A stretch of DNA of 64,000 nucleotides from a bacterium (GCA_963674595.2 CAXXFV010000026.1:1-64000); one strand, 5' to 3'; shown: positions 11,052 through 21,619, counted from the stretch's first letter. Notes: a model not told the origin generated them from the letters alone. Translations and numbers: made by a program.

Positions 11052-12085
11052 ATGAAAATGAGTAGTAGAGTAAAAATATCTCCGCAGCAGAGGTCTCAAT
11101 TACTTCTCAAAAATCAACACGCATGCTGCATCTGTGGCAAATCAGGTGTACAAATTCATCATATTAATTCAGATCCTTCGGATAATTCTTTTGATAATTT
11201 AGCAGTTTTATGCATCGCCCACCATGACGAAGCTACTGCGCCACCAGGTATGACAGCCACACTCAAGCCCGATGAAATAAAGAAATTTAAACGGCGCTGG
11301 GAGTGTAGTTTGTTCAGATCGAGTAAAAAAAGGTGCAAGGGCTAGGACTGCATTTTTTATGGTAGACTACAAAAATGTCGAAAGAATTCGTCAACTATTT
11401 GCACAACTTACTCCAAAAGAGTATGAATGTGCTTACAACATTCTCCAAAAGGAATTAATTGAGGAAACAAAGCTTAGGAAAGAACAACATTTCGATATCT
11501 CAGTCGAACCTACTATTAACGTGGAGTACACCAGTAGAAAGGCTACTTAGTTATATACGGGTGGGTATAGTGCATCCTAAAGTTTTTCAAGGTCTTCGAG
11601 GCCATCCAAAAGATCCACTTTTTCCAATCGACCTTGTTTTTAGCGATCCTCGAGTCGCTTACTTTGATATTTGGTGTCAGCTAATGATCAGGGCAATCAT
11701 AGCAATAAGAACACCTTATTTATTAAATGACCTATTACAATTGGACGATCCATTGAATAGTGGTTTGTCAGGTCAGTTGGTTGCATTTGAAGCCAATCTT
11801 GAGGGAGATGTTAAATATCCTGATCAATGGGAGATACATCCGTTAACGACAACAAACTTATATCTATCTGGAAATGGTACAACTTTTACAAGTACATTAA
11901 ATTTAAAAACCCACTATATATATTCTGTCACAGCTTCAGCATCACTTAGTGGTGGTAGAAGTTATGGATTGCTGATATTACGAACAATAGATTCAGTAAA
12001 GGAAAATGGGGAGCGTATTGTGAAATTTTCGTGTTCTCCTCTAATGATTGGTTGTGGTGGAGGAGCTTTATTGAATATTCCATAA
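11052..12085 (+). pseudogene. HNH endonuclease domain protein, in three frameshifted pieces
   Basis: CCIC...IHHI...DN...NLAVLCxxHH at the N-terminus. Continues in 11359-11550 and 11459-12085. Confidence 0.75.
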
Positions 12086-12097
12086 TAGTAGGGCGTT

Positions 12098-12227
12098 AAT
12101 CACTCAGAGGTTTCAACCTGTGGTAGTAGAAAAAACTTTACACCTAATGACTAAAGTAAGGAATTTTTTAAATAGGAGGGCTAAGCCTCTTGTTAATTCG
12201 TCCAAGGGTATGGGTTCTTGAGAGATC
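12098..12227. repeat. Degenerate fourth copy of the 140-bp MITE-like element
   Basis: TAAGGAAT...AGGGCTAAGCCTCTTGTTAATTCGTCCAAGGG...GAGATC matches the 3' half of the element. Confidence 0.55.
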
Positions 12228-12421
12228 AAATTATTGGGTTGGGTGGGCAGTGGTTTGTTATCAGCTTGTTTAATAATATATTACGTGGTAGGTGACTGGA
12301 TATTTTATATGAAAAATCATAAAAGTTAAATCTCTACAAGTGTTGTTATCCTGTTAAAATGGAGGAATAGCAGCAATGTGAATATACAATCGTCTGTGGT
12401 AAGCCAAGGATAGAGAAAATT

Positions 12422-13185
12422 ATGAACGATATAATAAATGAAATCAAAGACAATTTTATTGGTTCTAGATATAATATTGCCATTCTAAATGAACGGAGAG
12501 CTAAAGATATTGATATTGCATTTTTTACAGATGACATGGATAGATACAATACATATGAATATCGTCATTGATTTTATAAAGCGACTTGAAAATACTTCAA
12601 TATCGAAAAGTTTTTTCTTAAAACATGAACATAGGAATATAGGTAAATCAAAGAAGAATTTTCATTTGCTGTTTTATCCATCTGTTTACTTTTTAAAACT
12701 ATGGGAATTACCGTCATTTTGTACATCCCTTATTTTTTAACTCAAATGTAATCCATGGAAATGTTAATAAAGTTAAAAAATTATCAGACATTTATTTATC
12801 AAAAGATACTATTTCTTTTAATTTACAAGACTACCATATTGGAACATATGCCCAAATTGGAATATACAATTTCCTGTATATTTACTTTCAATCTGACATT
12901 TACCCTTATGAGACACAAATTGAGAATCTATTATATGTTTATAGGTTTTACATAATTGAAGTAATTAAAAGATATCACAAAAATATTAAAAATAGAGAAA
13001 ATATATGGAATTGGGAAATATTTATAAATGAATTCTCCGGGATTTGTAGTAAACATAAGTATTTAATAAATCTATTTAAAAAAAAACAAAATGGGAGATT
13101 AGATGATTTAAAAAATGATGATTTGATTAAATATCATATGGATTTTATTAAACTAATTTCCAATAAAAACATGTCAATTTAAAAG
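12422..13185 (+). pseudogene. Putative nucleotidyltransferase, heavily frameshifted; 3' end approximate
   Basis: Translation from ATG 12422 gives MNDIINEIKDNFIGSRYNIAILNERRAKDIDIAFF (GS...DxD). Later fragments include FHLLFYP. Confidence 0.45.
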
Positions 13186-13194
13186 AGATTAGAA

Positions 13195-13917
13195 ATGAAA
13201 AAAGAAATAATAATTTATTTATCGTCTATCTTACTATCCGGTATAATGCTTTTAGTAGGTTTATTCTCAAAATTATATCCTGTTGATGCGACATTAAATC
13301 CTTTAGTTTCGTTAGTAGTTTCTATTTTCATCATAATTATAGGTGAACGAATTGCAAATTTTCAAAGAGAAGAAGCGAAATTAGAAAAGTTTGAAAGTAA
13401 ATTACCACCAAATTTAACTGGAATTGAACAGTTTAATAATTTAGATGAGGCGTTGAATTATATCACATCCAAAATACCCAAAGCAGAAATAATTTACAAT
13501 ACAAGAATTGAAAAAATGAATGAAAAACAAAGGGCTGCAAGGGATAGTGAGAAAAAATACAGAGAAGTTATTGATATGTCAATAAGCAAGAAAGATGTTG
13601 AATTTCAAGAGATTGTTTCTGATAGTTTTAAAAATAATGCAATTGAGAGATTTAAACTAACTGCCGAAAGCGGTACATATAATGCAAAATATATTGATAT
13701 AATTCCTCCAAGTTTTTTGAATTTCACTATTCTTGATTATGGTAATAATTCAAGAGAAATTTTAATAGGATGGGCAACATCTGGCTTAAAATCAGAATTA
13801 CATCAACCAACTTTTATGATTAAAGACAACCGTGTTGTAGATTACTTCCAACAAATATTTGATGCAATGTTTTTTTATGGTAAGGATATTGAAAATGGTA
13901 ATGATGAAATATCCTAA
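13195..13917 (+). CDS. Hypothetical protein with two N-terminal TM helices and a soluble alpha/beta domain
   Basis: Two hydrophobic segments within residues ~5-50. The intact 240-aa ORF overlaps the next gene. Confidence 0.8.
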   Translation: MKKEIIIYLSSILLSGIMLLVGLFSKLYPVDATLNPLVSLVVSIFIIIIGERIANFQREEAKLEKFESKLPPNLTGIEQFNNLDEALNYITSKIPKAEIIYNTRIEKMNEKQRAARDSEKKYREVIDMSISKKDVEFQEIVSDSFKNNAIERFKLTAESGTYNAKYIDIIPPSFLNFTILDYGNNSREILIGWATSGLKSELHQPTFMIKDNRVVDYFQQIFDAMFFYGKDIENGNDEIS

Positions 13918-14641
13918 TTGGTATAATAAATATTATGACGAAATTTTTAAAAGAAACAGCTATTTTGAAGAAATATCAAAGGTAAATAGTACTTATTCTC
14001 TAAAAGGTAGTAAAGTATTAGAAATTGGTTCTGGTAAAGGATATCATGCAGAAGAAATTCTAAAACTAAATCCTGAAATTTTAAAATTGATTGAAATCCA
14101 AAAAGAAGCATTTGAGATATTGAAAAAGAAGTGCAGTTATGAACCATTAACTGAACCAATCCTTGCAGACGCATTTAAAATATCATTAAAGAATAAAGTT
14201 GACATTGCATTAATCTTTTTTTCAGTATTACAACAAGTAAAAAATATTGATGAGTTTCAAAATAGAATTACTCATGTATTTGATAATTTAATAATCCCGA
14301 ATGGGGTTCTTGCATTTGAATTTATTGATTATGATGTTTCATTAAGTGTATTTCCAGATAATACTGAAAGTTTAATATATAAGAGTAACGTAATAGAAGT
14401 TTATATAAAATCATTATATTTGAGACATTCTTTGGTAATAGAGTATTTTGGAAAAATCAATAATGAACCAATAAAATATACAGTTAATTTATTGAGATTA
14501 AACAATAATACTATCAATGAAATATTAAAGGATTTGAAATTAGAACTTATTGATAATATAAGTTTGGATGTTGATGGGAGACGAAGGATGATTTTTCTAA
14601 AAAGGCCGACCACTAACAAAACATGTAGAGCATTTGGTTGA
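13901..14641 (+). CDS. Class I SAM-dependent methyltransferase
   Basis: VLEIGSGKG motif I, IEIQ, ILADAF, LIIPNGVLAFE. Confidence 0.85.
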   Translation: MMKYPNWYNKYYDEIFKRNSYFEEISKVNSTYSLKGSKVLEIGSGKGYHAEEILKLNPEILKLIEIQKEAFEILKKKCSYEPLTEPILADAFKISLKNKVDIALIFFSVLQQVKNIDEFQNRITHVFDNLIIPNGVLAFEFIDYDVSLSVFPDNTESLIYKSNVIEVYIKSLYLRHSLVIEYFGKINNEPIKYTVNLLRLNNNTINEILKDLKLELIDNISLDVDGRRRMIFLKRPTTNKTCRAFG

Positions 14642-14932
14642 TAATACTAAAAATAAAGATAATAGCAATAAAAAAATATTATTGACTTAAAAGTAAAACG
14701 TTTTAAAATGTTAAACACACCATATTAAAACCCTTGAAAATGAAAGACATAACCAAATAATGGGCTGGATTGAAAAACACATCATCTTTTTATTAATGCT
14801 GATTTTGGGAATCATTTTTTCAATTAGAGTATCTTTTGGTTTTTCAATCGGTTATTATTGCCGTTAGGTCACTTTAAGCAGATATTATTATCTCGAAAGT
14901 GATCAACGTTGTGAACATTCATCGACCATTTT

Positions 14933-14983
14933 CAATTGTTTTTCATTATATCTAATAACTTTTAATAGAAGGAGGGAGTCCAT
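14933..14983. repeat. ~50-bp motif M, duplicated at 20953-21004
   Basis: CAATTGTTTTT(T)CATTATATMTAATAACTTTTAAKAGAAGG...CCAT at both sites. Confidence 0.75.
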
Positions 14984-15047
14984 CCTCCCCCCGGTATCCC
15001 CACCCCGAAAAACCCACCACATTTACTCGATATATTTAATTTTTTAC

Positions 15048-15076
15048 TTGACAAATGTAAAATATATCACTATATT
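15048..15076 (+). promoter_or_regulatory. sigma70-like promoter upstream of the lysis genes (copy 1)
   Basis: TTGACA-N17-TATATT, identical at 23303-23331. Confidence 0.75.
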
Positions 15077-15084
15077 TAGACAGC

Positions 15085-15137
15085 AAGCGGTTAATGGTGA
15101 CTAAATGTTGTAGTCACCGGACCGCTTTTTTGTTTTT
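15085..15137 (+). terminator. Promoter-proximal intrinsic terminator/attenuator
   Basis: AAGCGGT..GGTGACTA-loop-TAGTCACC..ACCGCTT followed by a T-tract, a few nt after the predicted start site. Confidence 0.7.
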
Positions 15138-15161
15138 GGGAACGATTAATTTGAGAATGTT

Positions 15162-15428
15162 ATGCCTGAGGAAAAACAAAAACTGAACGGAAACGGCAGG
15201 GTGTCCTGGTCGGTGGTTATTCTCATTGTGACCACCATTGTGGGCTGGGCCATTGCCGGGTATTCCTTTTCCATTCAAAATGACATCAAACGGAATACCG
15301 CCGACATTAAAGAAACCAGCAGCCGGTCCCTGACCAACCAGGAAGAGATCAAGGTGATTAAAAACACGCTGGAGATCAAGCTGGATAATATTGAAAAGTC
15401 GCTGGAAATTTTGATCAACAAAAAATAG
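15162..15428 (+). CDS. Small single-TM phage protein, holin-like
   Basis: One TM helix followed by a coiled coil ending KLDNIEKSLEILINKK. Directly precedes the DUF5675 gene. Confidence 0.6.
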   Translation: MPEEKQKLNGNGRVSWSVVILIVTTIVGWAIAGYSFSIQNDIKRNTADIKETSSRSLTNQEEIKVIKNTLEIKLDNIEKSLEILINKK

Positions 15429-15436
15429 GTGAGCGC

Positions 15437-16198
15437 GTGAAGGCCCTGGATTTAGTGAGATATGAGGTGGAGGAGACCCATACGCACGGGGATTTTGTGC
15501 GGGACGGGCAGCCGGTGTGCAGGTGTTTGGAGCTGCCCTGGAAGGCGAATGCGAGGGACGTTTCCTGTATTCCGGCCGGGGAGTATGCGGCCCGGTATAA
15601 TCCCGCGAAAAACAAGATCGAGGTTTATAATGTGCCGGACCGTGACAATATTCAAATTCATATCGGCAATGATATTGCGCCGGCGCCGCCAAAGGAGCCG
15701 GACAGTTTGGGGTGTTTGCTGCCGGGCATGGATTTTGTCAGCCATACGTTTATCACAAAATCTGCGGAGGCGTTTGACACGCTGAAAGAGATTGTGGGTG
15801 AGGAAAAGTTTGTGCTGCGAGTGAAGGACCTGACCGGCAAGACACGGTTGGCCTATGAATATAAAATTTTACCGCGAAAGGCCTGGAAGGATATTGCCAA
15901 ACCCGATTTGGAACCGCTTGCTGTTCCGGATGATGTAGAGATCGGGCAGCCCTGGTATATTGTTTTCAAAAAGTATTTGACGCTGCAGCGGCTTATCGGG
16001 GTTGCTACTGTAGTTGGCGGGTGGATTAAAAAAAGTCCCCAGCTTGTGGAATGGGGCCTGGGCATCCTTGGCATTGATCTGGTGAAAAGCGGTTACGACT
16101 CCAAGCCGTCTGTTAACGGCGACAAGGGCCGGCTGTATTCGTTGATTGAAAGGATTATACGGTTTTTGCAGGACATTCTTAAACTAAGCAAGGGGTAA
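15437..16198 (+). CDS. DUF5675-family protein (putative phage lysin) with a C-terminal membrane-associated region
   Basis: CLELPW..N....SCIPAGEY...VPDRDNIQIHIGN...DSLGCLLPG signature. Confidence 0.8.
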   Translation: MKALDLVRYEVEETHTHGDFVRDGQPVCRCLELPWKANARDVSCIPAGEYAARYNPAKNKIEVYNVPDRDNIQIHIGNDIAPAPPKEPDSLGCLLPGMDFVSHTFITKSAEAFDTLKEIVGEEKFVLRVKDLTGKTRLAYEYKILPRKAWKDIAKPDLEPLAVPDDVEIGQPWYIVFKKYLTLQRLIGVATVVGGWIKKSPQLVEWGLGILGIDLVKSGYDSKPSVNGDKGRLYSLIERIIRFLQDILKLSKG

Positions 16199-16367
16199 CC
16201 GGTTGTTAATGGTCAACGAAAGGTTTCGGTTTGGGCGGCCCTCGTTTTCACTCGGGATGACTGGAAGGAGAGGACAAATCGGTGTCGCCCTGGGCGGCCT
16301 TTCGACTCCGCTCAAGGACCGCCCTGATTATAAGTGAACGCTGAGCGTAGGGGCCATTCATGAATTG

Positions 16368-16417
16368 CCCTTACAGGATATTTACCCTTACAGGATATTT
16401 ACCCTTACAGGATATTT
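16368..16417. repeat. 17-bp tandem repeat x3 attached to a GTAG-type REP
   Basis: CCCTTACAGGATATTTA x3 after GTAGGGGCCATTCATGAATTGCCC. A single unit occurs near 9866. Confidence 0.85.
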
Positions 16418-16451
16418 CCACCTACTTATTTTCAACTTTTTTAAAAAACAC

Positions 16452-16755
16452 TTGCCTTGATTTTATTTAATTTGTATTATTAATTTGTCAGTTATAACGG
16501 ACGATTCTCAGGACGGTTGGTCGAGCTATAATCTTCTGAGGTCGGCGGCTGATTTACCACCTTTTTTATAATTACGGGATTTAAATCTACACACGAGGAA
16601 GAGATTGCGCTGGTTACAAGGTCATATTCCTGTTGTTTCATGGTCAAATATTTTTGGGTGCGGTGGGGTGGAGTGTGGTTTGTTTATATTAGGAGAGTGG
16701 TTGTTGTACTGCACTATTTAATAGCTATATAAAATAGATAATTTAATGGTATAGT
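16452..16755 (+). promoter_or_regulatory. Conserved leader L, copy 2
   Basis: Same promoter and conserved blocks as 9931-10240. Confidence 0.65.
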
Positions 16756-16804
16756 AAAACTGCTCATTTCAATTTTTACCCACAATATAGTTTGGAGGAG
16801 CAAT

Positions 16805-17955
16805 ATGCCCATAAACCTATATAAGAGACTTGAAAAAGCGGCTCTAAACAATAAATTACCATCTGTTATTGCATATAATCGAATTGATGGTCCTGGTTCG
16901 AGCTTGGATTTACGTTCTTTTCAACAAGCTATTTGGCGTGTACCAACAATTCCCCGGGAACTCGACAAAGATCCCTCAATGGAATGGTCACGTTATATGC
17001 CAAGAACTATCGGCATAACGATTAATACCGGAACTAAGGTTGAAGCCCATCCATATGAAGAAGACAAAATAATGGTTCAATCCATTGAATATGGAACTGA
17101 AGTCATGGGCAATCCCGGTAAAATCGTTCCGATTAAAGAAAAATTGGCTGATTAAGATTTTAGATATATTAGATCTTTCAGGGGTCAAGTTTGTTTTACA
17201 TAATTTACGCGCAGGCACTCATTCAGCCGGTTTAGGTGGTTCTGCTACAGCGACAACCGCTGTTTGTATACTGGCAAATGAACTGGCCGGAAGACCATTC
17301 AGCAGCACACAACTTGTTGCCCATGGCATCATGTATGGAACATGACTTTGGTGTTAGTATTACAGGAACACAAGAACAAGCTAATGTCATTTATGGTGGA
17401 ATAGTCGACTATATCTGGTGCCCATGGGGTATTCCGGGTCGTGCTGATTCTGGTTATGGTGCCTCTATACGCTCAGAATTGCTCGCACCTGAATATTATG
17501 CAGAATGTGAAAAGAGAATGGCAATTTTTCATACAGGTAAAATGAGAGCAAGTACAGATGTAAATGCAGTTTGGACCAACGCATTATCAACACTTTCCGG
17601 CTACTCTCAACATGCTCAAAAACCGGAAATTGCATACAATTTTCGTGAAGGTATCAGACTTCAACAGTGGGACAGGATTTCAGAATCAATTCATGAATAC
17701 CGTAAAATACGAACAAATCTTTGTTCAGATTATTTGACCGGGTCTCATGAAATTATCGGGCACTCAGATTCATTGGGATGTGAAGCATTTCCATTGGGTG
17801 CAGGTGGCGGCGGTGGTGTTCTTGTTTTCAGCGCAAAGCCAGAATCATTAACTGCTTTTCGAGACGAAATTAAAGATGTTTATCGAGAAATTCCAATTAA
17901 AATCAGATCAAAAGGTCATGATTTATTTAATTTACCGTTAACGGGAGGAAAATGA
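16805..17955 (+). CDS. GHMP-family sugar kinase (HddA/fucokinase-like), with two frameshifts
   Basis: NRIDGPGSSLD (motif I), SAGLGGSAT (motif II), ITGTQEQ and GAGGGG (motif III), spread across three ORF pieces. RBS GGAGG. Confidence 0.8.
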
Positions 17956-17958
17956 AAA

Positions 17959-19143
17959 ATGGAGCTTAAAGTATTAAATTGGAATATTGGCGGAGCAAAA
18001 GTACTGGAACAAATAACTAGAGGAAAAAGAGAAAAGGAAAAAAAAGTTATTAATAGAGATCTTCAAAGGCTTATTAAAGCTAATGAACCAGATGTTGTAA
18101 CCTTGCAAGAAGTAATTGCATATAAACAGCCTTCAGATAAAAAGGTAATACATCTAATAGAAAAAGATATAATTGATAAACTTGGTTATAAATGCTTTTT
18201 TTTTCCACTTATTGATAGTTTAGGTTTTTCATCACAAGAAAAATGGAAGAAAGTAACAGATAAGTCAGATTGGGAGGAAAATACATATTTTTCCCAAGGT
18301 AATGGAATTTTACTTCGTAAAAATGCTCCTCTTTTTCCTTTTTGGGATTTATCAAAATCTAATCAAACAAGTCCTGGTGAACGATTATTATCAATATATA
18401 AACAACACAAAATTAATCCGGTTGATGATTTAATTAAAGAGTTTGATAATGATTTTCAAAATTACCTTATTGAGCGTGTTCATCTTGAGAAAGGAGTTTA
18501 TTTCGGTGACAGAAATACTGAACCGCGAGTAGCTTTAATAACTCATTTGATTTTAGATTCACCTCTTAAAAATGATTCAAGGCCTATAGATGTATTCATA
18601 TTAAACGTGCATCTAGTAACGATAATGAAAGAACGGGTTGGGATACCGTCAAAAGATGCAGAAGCTACTAAACTACGTTTAAATCAACTTGATGCAATAT
18701 TTGACGGAATAATATCCAGATACAACTCATGGTTTGATGATGGTTTTCCGCATAGGGGTGAAAAAAGAATACCTGAAACCTGGGAGACGTTTGAACGACA
18801 TCAACCTGTCTGGTTATTATGTGGTGATTTTAATTTCACAGAAAATTCTGATGAGTATGACTATATAATGCGACGAAATTTTATTGACACAACTCCTGGA
18901 CATAGAAGAATAGCTGTAACACATCATGATGGAGTTACAACAAAGCATAGTGGTACTAAAACAAGTGGAGCTGGTAATCCTGCAACATTAACTTTAGATT
19001 ATATATTTGCAGGACCAAAATTCGTGACATTCGATCCTCTTTTTACAGATGCCGTAATGGATGATAATAGAATCGATCATAATATCAAGTCTTCGGATCA
19101 TTATCCTATAATATCAAAGATACCGCTCTATATGATAAGATGA
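17959..19143 (+). CDS. Endonuclease/exonuclease/phosphatase (EEP) family protein
   Basis: LNWNI, PDVVTLQEV, NVHL, LCGDFN, LDYIF, SDHYP. Confidence 0.92.
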   Translation: MELKVLNWNIGGAKVLEQITRGKREKEKKVINRDLQRLIKANEPDVVTLQEVIAYKQPSDKKVIHLIEKDIIDKLGYKCFFFPLIDSLGFSSQEKWKKVTDKSDWEENTYFSQGNGILLRKNAPLFPFWDLSKSNQTSPGERLLSIYKQHKINPVDDLIKEFDNDFQNYLIERVHLEKGVYFGDRNTEPRVALITHLILDSPLKNDSRPIDVFILNVHLVTIMKERVGIPSKDAEATKLRLNQLDAIFDGIISRYNSWFDDGFPHRGEKRIPETWETFERHQPVWLLCGDFNFTENSDEYDYIMRRNFIDTTPGHRRIAVTHHDGVTTKHSGTKTSGAGNPATLTLDYIFAGPKFVTFDPLFTDAVMDDNRIDHNIKSSDHYPIISKIPLYMIR

Positions 19144-19219
19144 TATTTCAAAAACAACCTAAATTAAAAAATTTGCTGGGTCCATATTTAGGGCTCAGCA
19201 TACTATTCCAAATTATCTC

Positions 19220-20864
19220 TCACCTCCGGAAACGTCTTCTTAAGGCGAGCAGGAACAGGGGAAGGAGAATGGCGCTGATGATGGTTTCTATAATTGATAT
19301 AATATGACTGCACCTTGTCAGTAGAAATGGGGCTTTTCGTTGAAAGGAAAAGGCATAAACACTGACTTCAATGGCTTTTCCTATATTACTCCAATTTAAT
19401 TGATGTATTCTTTCATAGACTGTGACGGGTGTTATGGGTATGGTATTTGGATATTCAAAGCCTGTTACCAAATACAAGGTAGGAAAAAACAGAAATACGA
19501 AAAATAACATCCAAAGGAGTGTTCTGACATAGCGTTCGCCGTACATGCTTATATAACGGTACCATGCCAGTGTGCTGAATATATGTTGGCGTAGCCATTT
19601 GCATACCGGTCTACTGTCCTGAGCCAGTTGTTTTCGGCGCATCTCCATGGCGCCGATATAAAAGTCTCCCGCTTCATTGGGGCATTTGTTTTTTTCAAAA
19701 TTGGATTGCAGCCTTCTGTAAAGCTGTTCTATTTCTCCCAAGGTCGGTTTTGGTAAAAATTTACTATTTCCAATTTCATTAAAATTGTTATAATAAATTT
19801 CGTCAAACACCGCTATTCTGTTGCCAATTCTTGGCCAGGTGCAGTCTAAAAAGTTTATGTCCTGAACATTCGCTTTGACCAGTGCGACCTGTTCAAAATT
19901 TATTTTTTGGAACAGCACCCTGTTTGGATTTTCAAATAAAACATTGGTAAAATTTACTGTTCCGTTTATTTCTATATTTATAAAAGCCTCTCCTGCAAAT
20001 CGGGAATTCATGAATGATATTTGGTTTCCAAAATTACATTCTTTGAAAGTAGTCCTGTCTCCAAATTTAGTGCTAAAAAAAGATGAATTTTTCACCGATT
20101 CTTTTTATAATAAAATCAACTTTACCTTGAAATTCAGCATAGTTAAAATTTGTTTCGTTATCAAATTCGACATTTTTGAAAGATGCGTTTTTACCGAATT
20201 TAGAATAATCAAATCTTACTTTTGGTCCGAAACTAGTTCCATCAAATGATGCTCCTTTTCCAAAAGCGGTAAATGAAAAATTTATATTTTCACCAAATAC
20301 TGCACCTGAAAAATCAGTCTCTTCACCAAATTCGGTATGGTAAAACATTATATTATTTCCGAATTGTGCTCCTGATAATGTTGGACTGATATTAAATTTA
20401 GCATACTCAAAACGTAAATTATCTCCAAATTTTGTTGCAAGAAAACCCGTACAGGAACCGAATTGGGTTCTGGCAAAACATGTTTTACCTTTGAATTTTG
20501 TTTGCACAAAAAGTATACTATCTTCAAACTTAGAATATGAAAAATCGGTATCATTATAAAATGTTGTATAATTAAAATTTATGAAATTGTTGAATTGAGC
20601 GTAATCAAAGTGTGTTGATTTTATAAACTCTAAATCCTTAAGTTCTGTGTTTGGCAAAAAAATAAAGCCCCTGCCATCGAATTCTAGTATTTTTTTTGAA
20701 TGGTTAACGCGTTCTAATTCTATTAAAAATTTCTCTCTAAATTCTTTAATTGATTTTTTTTCGCTATGAAAAATACACGTGTGTTCTAAAACGCTCCATT
20801 CTTCTCGATCACATATAAGTGGGCCTGTTCTTTTGATTTTTACCTGACATTTAGGTGTGCTCAT
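19220..20864 (-). CDS. Pentapeptide-repeat protein with a C-terminal TM (channel-like) region; one frameshift near 20080
   Basis: CIFH N-terminal motif, AxF pentapeptide repeats, A..FY..AMEMRR and YGERY followed by TM helices. Confidence 0.82.
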
Positions 20865-21054
20865 AGAATTTCCCTTTTTTCGCAGAGTAAGATTGTTTTT
20901 ATATATATGGAAATGCCGATTGGTTTAGTTTATAAATTTTTCTGAATTAATGCAATTGTTTTTTCATTATATATAATAACTTTTAAGAGAAGGGGGGAGA
21001 CCATTCGCAACGTACTGCCCTGGGGTATTTGCTTATAAGGAAATGGTCATAATA

Positions 21055-21077
21055 AAAAAGCCGCTTTGCAGCGGCTT
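21055..21077 (-). terminator. Intrinsic terminator for the minus-strand triad
   Basis: AAGCCGCTGCAAAGCGGCTTTTTT on the minus strand. Confidence 0.7.
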
Positions 21078-21109
21078 GACTCATTTATATTGTTTTATAT
21101 GGAATAATA

Positions 21110-21619
21110 TCATTTATTTTTTGATAAAAATCGTCTTGCAAACATGGAAATGATACAAATGAAAATCTCCAGATTGCTTTTGGTTTCATTTGGTTTTAAA
21201 AAAGTTTTGCAGTTTTGATGTAATGAGGCTCTTATTTCTCTTTTTTCTGTTTTAGTCAGTTTTTCACTCGTTCTGATTTCACAATGAGAATAATTTGTTT
21301 GTATAGGGCTATGTTCAACATTAAAAAATTTTGAGCCCACCTGTAGACCACGAATGGTGTTCACTTTAAAACCGGCCACAGCATAATCGCTGCAATAATC
21401 TTGTTTATCATTAAACCTGGTCCAAATGGGAATTGAATAATTACACCAATTGCACGACTGGTTTTCATTTATTCTAAAGGTCGCAAAATCGGGTAAATTT
21501 TCATCATGGTTCCAGTTTGTAGATGGTTTATGACGCGTGAATACGTAGTTCCATTCCCTGATTCTAGAGGCCTCTAATTTTTTTCTGTTTTTTTGGAATA
21601 AAAGAGAGGGAAATTTCAT
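21110..21619 (-). CDS. Hypothetical protein, possible ART-like toxin fold
   Basis: Motifs FTRH, QSCNW..YS and VEHSP..NYSHCEI. ATGA overlap with the upstream gene. Confidence 0.55.
   Translation of the reverse strand: MKFPSLLFQKNRKKLEASRIREWNYVFTRHKPSTNWNHDENLPDFATFRINENQSCNWCNYSIPIWTRFNDKQDYCSDYAVAGFKVNTIRGLQVGSKFFNVEHSPIQTNYSHCEIRTSEKLTKTEKREIRASLHQNCKTFLKPNETKSNLEIFICIISMFARRFLSKNK

Noticed and set aside
8837-20864. Programmed frameshifting or phase variation in TauE, HNH, GHMP kinase and pentapeptide genes
   Set aside because: Breaks are scattered over unrelated genes, mostly at short homopolymers, which fits long-read indel error or decay. It cannot be resolved without reads.
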